Source: Nanobdellota archaeon (GTDB taxonomy: Archaea; Nanobdellota; Nanobdellia; Pacearchaeales; GW2011-AR1). Taken from it: a DNA stretch of 34,606 nt. Under the pieces are notes generated by a model. The model saw nothing but the letters and a program-made list of their open reading frames with translations. It ran no database searches and was not told the DNA's origin. Below are positions 1 through 6,570 of the stretch, one piece after another (position 1 is the first letter of the stretch; every line of letters starts with the position of its first letter). Location: NCBI GenBank assembly GCA_038044245.1, contig JBBTAK010000032.1, forward strand, positions 1 to 34,606. Direction: 5' to 3'. Both the position numbers and the translations under genes were made by a program.

Positions 1-2
1 AC

Positions 3-362
3 CAAACAACCAAACAGCTGTTTGATAAACAAACACCTGTTTATGCTGTTCAAACGGGTGTTCAAACGGGTGTTCAAACACCTAATTTTGACCAATTTTC
101 TGTAACTGAAAGGGCTATTCTTTGGATATTGTTGAATTCTGAAATGAAGCTTGGATATGATGATCTTGCGGCAATGCTTGGAAAAGAGAGATCAACAATA
201 AGGGGGCACCTGAACAGGATAAAACAAAAGAGCTGGGGAATAGTGGAGGAAGCTGTTGAAAAAAATGGAAAAAAGAGGGTTTTTGTGCCTGAGGAAGTCA
301 AAGAAAAGCTGATGAAAAGGGTAAAAGTGAGAGTAAAACCAGAGAAAAAGGACAAAAAATAG
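3..362 (+). CDS. winged-helix/HTH DNA-binding protein, 5'-truncated by the window edge (Q/T-rich linker, wHTH, Lys-rich tail)
   Basis: The frame of tracked ORF 129..362 stays open back to nt 3 (QTTKQLFDKQTPVYAVQTGVQTGVQTPNFDQFSVTERAILWILLNSE...). The upstream residues complete an HTH that aligns with the C-terminus of the 587..1363 protein (VTERAILWILLNS...LGKERSTIRGHLNRIKQK vs LTDQEILVFSTLY...LGLTESSIRDYMGRLLKK). Confidence 0.5.
   Translation, partial: QTTKQLFDKQTPVYAVQTGVQTGVQTPNFDQFSVTERAILWILLNSEMKLGYDDLAAMLGKERSTIRGHLNRIKQKSWGIVEEAVEKNGKKRVFVPEEVKEKLMKRVKVRVKPEKKDKK
48..80 (+). repeat. 12-bp in-frame tandem repeat GTTCAAACGGGT x2.75 (encodes VQTG VQTG VQT)
   Basis: Read directly: gttcaaacgggt gttcaaacgggt gttcaaaca. 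A perfect 14-bp palindrome CAAACAGCTGTTTG lies upstream at 11-24. Confidence 0.9.
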
Positions 363-586
363 CTATTTTAAGCGTTTTTCAAGAGAAAAAGTGCTTTCAA
401 AAATCAAAAAGTGAGAGTTAATAACAACCTATTTTTAACGAATTTGTAATGGGTAAAGTGCAAAAGAGAGGAAAAAAGTAGTGGGTAAAGCCTTTAAAAC
501 AATAAAAAACTGCATAAATTAGGAAGGGTTTAATAGAATTGTGGGGAAAAGAAAGTTATTCGGTGTGGGTACCTATTTATTGAGAA

Positions 587-1363
587 TTATATGTCTCTTA
601 GCCGAAGAATTGTTGGAAGAGAGGCTATTTTCTTAAGGCTTTGAGAAACACCCAGCTGTATCTGCTTGTTATTGATCTTCTTTTTCTCTATGGGTATACC
701 TTTTTTTAAGAGTCTTCCCATATAATCCCTTATGGAACTTTCTGTAAGACCTAGCTTGTTAGCCAGGGTTTTGTAGTCTACAGGGCCTCTTTCTTCCTCG
801 AGTTGGTAAAGGGTAGAAAAGACCAGAATCTCCTGGTCTGTAAGCTGCTTGAACTTCAGTCTTATCTCTTTCTTAAGACCATCGAGGGACTCCAAGATCT
901 CTGCCGCATCTTCTATAGGTGTTTTTGTTTGCTTTTGAAACTCTCTTACAGACCTATTTATAGGGGAAAATGATGTGTTGTCTGTCTGTTGGTCTGTCTG
1001 TCTGTCTGTTGGAACCCCTTCATTTCCAGTGGAAAATGGCTGTTTTTGCGTGTTATTGAGTTCTAAATACGTGTCTTTTACTTTATTTTGTGCTGGAAAT
1101 GCTGGATTTATGTGTCTATGTGTCGAAAAGATGGTTGGATGTGTTGGAGATGGTGTTGAGGCTTGTTTTTCCTCTTTTTCAGACAAATCCTGGATCTTTT
1201 GGGTTATTTGAGACAAAATTTCAGAGATTTGGGTTATCTCATGACGCATCTCCGATAGATTTCTTTTTAGAGAATTTATTTTAGAGTAAAGGGAGTAGAT
1301 ATCGTGCTTGGCTTTCTGGAATGCTAGCCTTATCTCTTCGTTTGTGTCTCTTTCTTCCGGCAT
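587..1363 (-). CDS. coiled-coil / low-complexity / C-terminal wHTH DNA-binding protein (paralog of 3..362)
   Basis: Tracked ORF 587..1378 begins at a TTG. The ATG at 1363 (MPEERD...) lies about 27-34 nt downstream of a TATA-like TTTTATA (minus strand, nt 1390-1397), which fits a leaderless start. The N-terminus has heptad-like repeats, the middle is S/T/P/Q-rich, and the C-terminus has an HTH (GPVDYKTLANKLGLTESSIRDYMGRLLKKG). Confidence 0.6.
   Translation of the reverse strand: MPEERDTNEEIRLAFQKAKHDIYSLYSKINSLKRNLSEMRHEITQISEILSQITQKIQDLSEKEEKQASTPSPTHPTIFSTHRHINPAFPAQNKVKDTYLELNNTQKQPFSTGNEGVPTDRQTDQQTDNTSFSPINRSVREFQKQTKTPIEDAAEILESLDGLKKEIRLKFKQLTDQEILVFSTLYQLEEERGPVDYKTLANKLGLTESSIRDYMGRLLKKGIPIEKKKINNKQIQLGVSQSLKKIASLPTILRLRDI
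980..1011. repeat. tetranucleotide microsatellite (GTCT)2-GTTG-(GTCT)4-GTTG inside the CDS
   Basis: Read directly. It encodes PTDRQTDQQTDN on the minus strand. Confidence 0.9.
1023..1035. promoter_or_regulatory. mini-ORB-like dyad TTTCCAGTGGAAA inside the CDS
   Basis: Arms TTTCCA and TGGAAA are exact reverse complements around a central G. The core matches the ORB-like boxes at 2691-2705, 2916-2928 and 3014-3027. Confidence 0.35.
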
Positions 1364-1409
1364 TTTTCCTTTTTTCAAAATCCTTCCTGTATAAAAGGTT
1401 TAGTTTGGT

Positions 1410-1733
1410 TTAATATATGCTTTGTCTGTATCTGCTTTTTTCAGGCTGGCCTTGGTTCTGGTCTCCTGGCAACACGCTTCTGTAAGCATCATAGGCCTTA
1501 CCGGTAAGCTTCCATCTGGATCGTCTGGCATATTGCTCACCCTTTGAGTTTTTCCTTATCTCTGCCACAAGTTCCTTTCTTTTTAGCTCAAGGAGAAGGC
1601 CTTTCACAAATTCCTCGTCTCTTGCTACTTCCCTGGCAATATGGGACGTAAAGGCGGGCTTTACAGAAAGGGGATAAAGAAACGCCAGTATCTGCTCGGA
1701 GATTTTGTCCCTTTTCCCATCAGAGATTTTCAT
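1410..1733 (-). CDS. small winged-helix transcriptional regulator
   Basis: 107 aa with the layout KISEQILAFL...FTSHIAREVARDEEFVKGLLLELKRKELVAEIRKNSKGEQYARRSRWKLT (helix-turn-helix plus beta wing). ATG start, with a TATA-like ATTTAAAAC about 22-27 nt upstream on the minus strand. Confidence 0.55.
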   Translation of the reverse strand: MKISDGKRDKISEQILAFLYPLSVKPAFTSHIAREVARDEEFVKGLLLELKRKELVAEIRKNSKGEQYARRSRWKLTGKAYDAYRSVLPGDQNQGQPEKSRYRQSIY

Positions 1734-1760
1734 AAAAAACCTTTGTTTCCTGGTTTTAAA

Positions 1761-2183
1761 TTATTTTTCCTTTTGGGGCTTTTGCTGATTCAGCGCAGGC
1801 ATCGGCATATGAAGGGGAAGATTCAGCTCATCCTCGAGGGAAAGAGCTCTGAGAGAAGACTTCCTTATCAGGACATTGAAGAGAAATATGCTGAATTCTT
1901 CAGGCATTTGCTTTTTTTTCCATTCTTTTGCCACTTCTTTGGCCTGCTTTTCATCCATTGAAATGATAGCTGTCCCTTTCAGGCCTATTTCAGCGTATTC
2001 TGGTTCATATTTAATCTTGTATGAAAACTTAACCTGCACCAGGCTTTCCTTAATTTTGAGAAGGTCTGACTCTATGGGATTTATCTCTGAGATGTCTATA
2101 TTTGTGTTTATCTTAATCTGCTGTGCCCTGTCTTTGAACTTTTCAACACTTATCTTATCAAAATTGAAACCAACGACCCTCAT
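1761..2183 (-). CDS. hypothetical protein (weak SecB-like resemblance)
   Basis: 140-aa ORF with an ATG start and TTTAAA about 24 nt upstream. The C-terminal segment FLFNVLIRKSSLRALSLEDELNLPLHMPMPAL loosely recalls the SecB C-terminal pattern. The coding call is solid; the function is not. Confidence 0.5.
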   Translation of the reverse strand: MRVVGFNFDKISVEKFKDRAQQIKINTNIDISEINPIESDLLKIKESLVQVKFSYKIKYEPEYAEIGLKGTAIISMDEKQAKEVAKEWKKKQMPEEFSIFLFNVLIRKSSLRALSLEDELNLPLHMPMPALNQQKPQKEK

Positions 2184-2300
2184 TGAATTAAAGAGAAATG
2201 CTGACTTTTAAAGTTTTATATTTTAAGAAATGAGACCAGAACAATCGGGGGTAAAGGCCTGTGCCTTATTGGGGGGTGCTGTCCTCTTTCGTAATAGGTC

Positions 2301-2561
2301 TTATACCAGGTCTTCTTCAGATACTATTACAAAATCCCCTATTGCTATGATAGAATTGTGGGGGATGAGCAGCTCGTTTCCTTGCGTTCTTTCCAAGTTT
2401 AGGTTTCTCGTGTAGGGTGTTGAATCCCTTACTACTACACTTATGAGCTCTCCGGATCTCGTCTCAAAGGTTACGTCCTTAACAAATCCCAGCCTTTTTC
2501 CCTCTTTGGTCACTATCATCTTTCCTACGACAGAGGTGAATGGGTTTTTTTCTCCTTGCAT
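2301..2561 (-). CDS. PRC-barrel domain protein
   Basis: 86 aa. VVGKMIVTKEGKRLGFVKDVTFETRSGELISVVV...LIPHNSIIAIGDFVIV is the typical stand-alone archaeal PRC-barrel pattern. BRE/TATA AAAAGTTTATATA sits about 25 nt upstream on the minus strand. Confidence 0.7.
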   Translation of the reverse strand: MQGEKNPFTSVVGKMIVTKEGKRLGFVKDVTFETRSGELISVVVRDSTPYTRNLNLERTQGNELLIPHNSIIAIGDFVIVSEEDLV

Positions 2562-2682
2562 AGAAAAGTGAGATAGAAATAATATATAAACTTTTCTGTA
2601 ACTCTAAATAGATTTCAGAGAATATGAAAGAGGGCCGGGTTGGGGGTTTGTTTCCTGGTTTGTTGGTCTCTCTGCCACACAC

Positions 2683-2705
2683 ACCCCCTCTTTTCCAGTA
2701 GAAAT
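2683..2705 (-). promoter_or_regulatory. ORB-like origin recognition box (left)
   Basis: ACCCCCTCTTTTCCAGTAGAAAT. The reverse complement ATTTCTACTGGAAAAGAGGGGGT has a TCCA/GGAA-type dyad followed by a G-string. Confidence 0.5.
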
Positions 2706-2723
2706 GTTTATAAATAAAAAATT

Positions 2724-2772
2724 AAATTTATATTATATATTATTATTTAAAAAAATTTATATTATATATTAT
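2724..2772. repeat. perfect 20-bp direct repeat AAATTTATATTATATATTAT (2724-2743 and 2753-2772) within the DUE
   Basis: Read directly; 29-bp period in the most AT-rich stretch. Confidence 0.9.
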
Positions 2773-2915
2773 ATATATCATCTTATTTTTAAGAAATTTT
2801 CACCATTTATTATCAAGAGACCCCCTCTGGAATATTTATACAAAAACCACCCCCTTATTTGGGCCTATATTTTCACAGCCGAACCAATAAAAAATTAAAA
2901 AACACTATTTTTTCC

Positions 2916-2928
2916 TTTCCACAGGAAA
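2916..2928. promoter_or_regulatory. mini-ORB-like dyad TTTCCACAGGAAA
   Basis: Arms TTTCC and GGAAA are reverse complements around ACA. It lacks a G-string. Confidence 0.4.
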
Positions 2929-3013
2929 TTAAGGTGTTCTTCTTGATTAGTGGTCATAAGTCTTTATATAAAAGAAAAAATTTTCGCCGTTGGTGTTTTT
3001 ATTTTTTAAACAT

Positions 3014-3041
3014 TCTCCACAAGAAATGAACGTGTGGGGGT
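3014..3041 (+). promoter_or_regulatory. ORB-like origin recognition box (right), in the orc1 5' leader
   Basis: TCTCCACAAGAAATGAACGTGTGGGGGT has the same order as the euryarchaeal ORB as I remember it (TCCAnnGGAAATGAAA..GGGGT). It lies between a TATA-like CTTTATATAAAAG (2962-2974) and the orc1 ATG at 3066. Confidence 0.55.
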
Positions 3042-3065
3042 AATGGGCAAGAAAGGAAAAGAACA

Positions 3066-4277
3066 ATGAAACAAGAACTGGATAAAATTTTTGAATCTTT
3101 TGATGGAAACAGGATTTTCAAAGACAAATCTGTTCTCCAATCCAACTATAGACCAGAAGAGATACTCCACAGAGAAGAGCAAATAAAACAGGTCGCCTCT
3201 GTCCTTGCTCCTGTTTTAAGGGGAGAAAAAACCAGCAACCTTTTTCTTTACGGAAAAACAGGGACAGGAAAAACCCTTTCCATACTTTATATGAAAGACC
3301 AGCTCTTAAAAAGGGCGAAAAAAGACCAGGACTTTAATCTCAGGATAGAATACTTAAATTGCAAACTAAAAAAAGTTTCAGATACAGAATACAGGATTCT
3401 TGCGGAAATAATAAAAAAACTCGGCGGACAAGTTCCAAACACAGGCCTTCCCACAGAGACCGTATACAACAAATTTATAGAGCTGATTGATAAAGAGAAA
3501 CAATTCCTTGTTCTCATACTTGATGAAATAGACCAGGCAGTTAAAAAAATTTCCAGCGACTTTCTTTATAATTTCACCAGGCTTAACTCCGAACTGTCAA
3601 AAACACAGATATGTCTGGTTGGAATAAGCAACGACCTGACTTTTCTCGATGGTCTTGATCCAAGAGTAAGGAGCAGCCTTTCAGAGGAAGAGATAGTATT
3701 TCCCCCGTATAATGCGGTTCAGCTCCAGGAAATACTAAACAAGAGGGCAGAAGAGGCATTTAAGGAAAAAGTTGTCCAGGAAGGGGTGATTGCAAAATGT
3801 GCAGCCTTTGCGGCGAGAGAACACGGGGACGCAAGAAGGGCGCTTGATCTTTTAAGAATAGCCGGGGAAATAGCAGAAAGGGACAACTCAAAAAAAATTC
3901 TGATGAGGCACTTAGACGAAGCAAACACAAAAATTGAAAGGGACAAAATTCTTGATGTGATAAAAACAGAACCAAAGCAGTTCCAATACATCCTTCATTC
4001 AATAATAACCCTTTCTGAAAAAAACAAAGACAGCCCGGTATTTACCGGAGACGTTTACAACATGTATGAGGAAATCTGCAGAAAAAACAAGGCAGAAGTT
4101 CTTACCCAAAGAAGAGTTTCCGATATCATACAAGAATTTGACATGCTTGGAATAATCAACGTAAGGGTTGTCTCAAAGGGCCGTGGCGGACGCATGAGGG
4201 AAATAAAGCTCGCAATAGCAAAACCCATAGTCGAGAAAGCAAAAGAAATACTCCAAGAAACCCTTGATTATAAATAA
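3066..4277 (+). CDS. cdc6: Orc1/Cdc6 replication initiator (AAA+ with C-terminal winged helix)
   Basis: Walker A LYGKTGTGKT, Walker B LILDEID, sensor regions (GISND, GDARRALDLLR) and a C-terminal wH (RRVSDIIQEFDMLGII). 403 aa is the typical length. Confidence 0.95.
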   Translation: MKQELDKIFESFDGNRIFKDKSVLQSNYRPEEILHREEQIKQVASVLAPVLRGEKTSNLFLYGKTGTGKTLSILYMKDQLLKRAKKDQDFNLRIEYLNCKLKKVSDTEYRILAEIIKKLGGQVPNTGLPTETVYNKFIELIDKEKQFLVLILDEIDQAVKKISSDFLYNFTRLNSELSKTQICLVGISNDLTFLDGLDPRVRSSLSEEEIVFPPYNAVQLQEILNKRAEEAFKEKVVQEGVIAKCAAFAAREHGDARRALDLLRIAGEIAERDNSKKILMRHLDEANTKIERDKILDVIKTEPKQFQYILHSIITLSEKNKDSPVFTGDVYNMYEEICRKNKAEVLTQRRVSDIIQEFDMLGIINVRVVSKGRGGRMREIKLAIAKPIVEKAKEILQETLDYK

Positions 4278-4340
4278 ACCAAAATCAAGAATGCCGCCAG
4301 CAAACCAAAAATATTAAAAAAGAAAAATTAAAAATAAAAA

Positions 4341-5975
4341 ATGGATCAGAAAGAAGTCCTAAAATTTTGCATTGAGAAGGGGCTGCTCTTAGATCCGGAA
4401 GTTCTGAATCTTTTCAGCGAGATAGCGGATGAAAATTCTGTAAAGCTTATCATAGAAAAGATAGGAAATTACACCCACAAGAAGATAATAACCAAAGAGC
4501 TCTTCGAGCAAAACAAGGAGCAGGTAAGCGAATTTTTTTTAGATCTTCCAAAAGAAGACCAGAGCAAGCTGGAGAGGCTGAAAATCAAACTCGGGCTCCA
4601 GATAGAAATCTCCAAGGAAAGCACAATTATCAATTCCGCAAAATCATCTTTAGAATTACCTGCGGAAAAAAAGGTTTACCTGGAATCTTATGGGGAACAG
4701 CAAGTGAGGGTCCTTTCAAAAGCTCCTAGTTACAGGAAGAAAATCCAGATAGAAGATTTTGTAAACAACTTCAGGAGCAGATTTCATGATATAAAAGAGA
4801 TCCTTCAGGAGCATCAGGAACTTGAAGGCCTTGTTTCAATAAACAAACTTTCAAAATCCAGGCAAAAAATATCAATCATAGGAATAATCTCCAGTAAAAA
4901 AATGACTAAAAATAAAAATCTCCTTTTGGATGTTGAAGATCCCACTGGAAAAATGAGAGTCATAATCAGCCAGAACAAACCAGAGATATTCAAAAAGGCC
5001 GAAGATCTTTCGTTGGACAGTGTGGTGGGATTTACAGGGTTCGGAGACAGAGAAATACTTTTTGCAAGCAACGTGATTTTCCCTGATATTATGATGCCCG
5101 AAAGAAAGAAATCTCCATTTGATGAGAGCGTTCTTTTCATAGGGGATATGCATTATGGAAGCAACCTTTTCATGGAAGAGGGTTTCCTTAAATTTATAGA
5201 TTATCTCAATGGAAAAACCGGAAAAACAGGAGAAGATGAAAGAATAAAATATCTCTTTATACTGGGAGATTTGGTTGCAGGCGTCGGTATATATCCCGGG
5301 CAAAAAAAACACCTGAAGGTAGACGATCTCGAAGCCCAATTCCAGGGCCTTGCAGAACTCCTCAGCAGGATAAAGAGGGGGATAAAGATAATAATCTCTC
5401 CGGGAAACCATGATGGAGTCCGCCTCATGGAACCACAGCCTGTCTTAGATGAAAAATATGCCTGGCCGCTTTACAACATGAAAAATGTGACTCTTACCGC
5501 AAATCCATCTTATGTTAACATAGGCTCAAGAAAAAATTTTTCAGGATTCGATATTCTCACCTATCATGGATTTTCCTATCCTTTTTATGCAAATACTGTT
5601 CCAAGCCTCACCGAAAAAGGACTGAACGAGCCGGACAAGGTAATGGCTTACCTTTTAAAAAACAGGCATCTCGCACCGACATACGCCTCTATCCAGACCT
5701 GTCCCTCTGAAAAGGATGAAATGGTGATAAAAAAAGTTCCCGATATTTTTGTTTCAGGGCATACCCATAAATGCGCTGTTTCTTATTACAACAATATTCT
5801 CCTAATCTCCGGCGCAGGATGGGAAGAAGAGACAGAATATCAGAAAAGGAAAGGAAATCAGCCAGATTTCTGCAAAGTACCAATGTTCAATCTAAAAAGC
5901 AGGGCATTGAAAATACTTGATTTTGACACTAAAGAAGAGCATGAAAGATTGATGCCGACGCACATTAAAAATTAA
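4341..5975 (+). CDS. polB: DNA polymerase II (PolD) small subunit DP1
   Basis: Calcineurin-like phosphoesterase motifs occur in order (GDMHYGS, GDLVAG, GNHD, GHTH) after an OB-fold region. It lies in an operon with DP2. Confidence 0.9.
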   Translation: MDQKEVLKFCIEKGLLLDPEVLNLFSEIADENSVKLIIEKIGNYTHKKIITKELFEQNKEQVSEFFLDLPKEDQSKLERLKIKLGLQIEISKESTIINSAKSSLELPAEKKVYLESYGEQQVRVLSKAPSYRKKIQIEDFVNNFRSRFHDIKEILQEHQELEGLVSINKLSKSRQKISIIGIISSKKMTKNKNLLLDVEDPTGKMRVIISQNKPEIFKKAEDLSLDSVVGFTGFGDREILFASNVIFPDIMMPERKKSPFDESVLFIGDMHYGSNLFMEEGFLKFIDYLNGKTGKTGEDERIKYLFILGDLVAGVGIYPGQKKHLKVDDLEAQFQGLAELLSRIKRGIKIIISPGNHDGVRLMEPQPVLDEKYAWPLYNMKNVTLTANPSYVNIGSRKNFSGFDILTYHGFSYPFYANTVPSLTEKGLNEPDKVMAYLLKNRHLAPTYASIQTCPSEKDEMVIKKVPDIFVSGHTHKCAVSYYNNILLISGAGWEEETEYQKRKGNQPDFCKVPMFNLKSRALKILDFDTKEEHERLMPTHIKN

Positions 5976-5976
5976 A

Positions 5977-6570
5977 ATGATAATAGGACTAAACTTAGAT
6001 GGGGTGTTAGCAGAAATGATGCCTCCTCTGAATGATTTTTATAACAGGAGAACCGGAAACAATTTCAGGGTGAGAGATTACAAATATCATGATTTAGAAA
6101 GAACTTGGGGCTGTTCCAAGCAAAAGGCTGTAAGAATTGTTGAAAACTTTTATCAAAGCCCTAATTTCCTAAAGATACGCCCAATGCCCCGCGCTCAGCA
6201 GGGAATTTGGTTTCTATCTGCAAATCACAGATTTTTTTCAATAACTTCCAGGCCAGAAAGTACGCGTGCAATAACTGAAGACTTTATAAAAAGAAATTTT
6301 GGTTCTATAATAAAAAAAGTAATCCATACGGGGCAGTATGCCAGCGCAGCCTCTTCAATAAATAAATTTGATATTTGTGTTCAAGAAAAAGCAGGCGCCT
6401 TGATAGAGGACTGCCTTGAAACAGCAATTGACTCTGCAAATAGGGGGCTTTTTACCTTCTTATTGGATTGCCCATACAACCAGTTTAATGGAGAAGTTTC
6501 TGCAGAAAGCATTCCTAAAAATCTTGTTCGCGTTGGCAGTTGGCAAAAAATAATGGAAATTCTAAAATGA
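5977..6570 (+). CDS. HAD-superfamily 5'(3')-deoxyribonucleotidase (NT5C)-like protein with motif I changed from DxD to NLD
   Basis: The N-terminus MIIGLNLDGVLAE resembles the NT5C motif DMDGVLAD, but Asn replaces the nucleophile Asp. A later ALIEDC resembles motif IV. The gene starts 1 nt after the DP1 stop, and its stop overlaps the DP2 ATG (ATGA at 6567-6570). Confidence 0.5.
   Translation: MIIGLNLDGVLAEMMPPLNDFYNRRTGNNFRVRDYKYHDLERTWGCSKQKAVRIVENFYQSPNFLKIRPMPRAQQGIWFLSANHRFFSITSRPESTRAITEDFIKRNFGSIIKKVIHTGQYASAASSINKFDICVQEKAGALIEDCLETAIDSANRGLFTFLLDCPYNQFNGEVSAESIPKNLVRVGSWQKIMEILK

Larger units (their letters stand above)
2620..3045. other. predicted replication origin (oriC): AT-rich DUE flanked by inverted ORB-like boxes, adjacent to orc1/cdc6
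   Basis: 504-bp non-coding gap with an almost pure A+T stretch at 2701-2800. C-string and G-string boxes lie in opposite orientation on the two sides, immediately upstream of orc1/cdc6. Confidence 0.65.

Noticed and set aside
2254-2267. Small hairpin AAGGC-CTGT-GCCTT flanked by G-runs, downstream of the PRC-barrel gene.
   Set aside because: The stem is only 5 bp. Archaeal termination usually relies on T-tracts, and there is no further support for a structured RNA.
2704-2898. 64-aa ORF in the AT-rich region upstream of orc1.
   Set aside because: Its translation (MFINKKLNLYYILLFKKIYIIYYIYHLIFKK...) is an artefact of near-pure A+T DNA. The region is better explained as the origin unwinding element.
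4941-4960. ORB-like half site CCCACTGGAAAAATGAGAG inside the DP1 gene.
   Set aside because: Only one half of the dyad is present and there is no G-string. It is compatible with a chance match in coding sequence.
6540-6566. TTG start at 6540 for DP2.
   Set aside because: The ATG at 6567 forms an ATGA overlap with the upstream stop, and the conserved DP2 N-terminus begins there.
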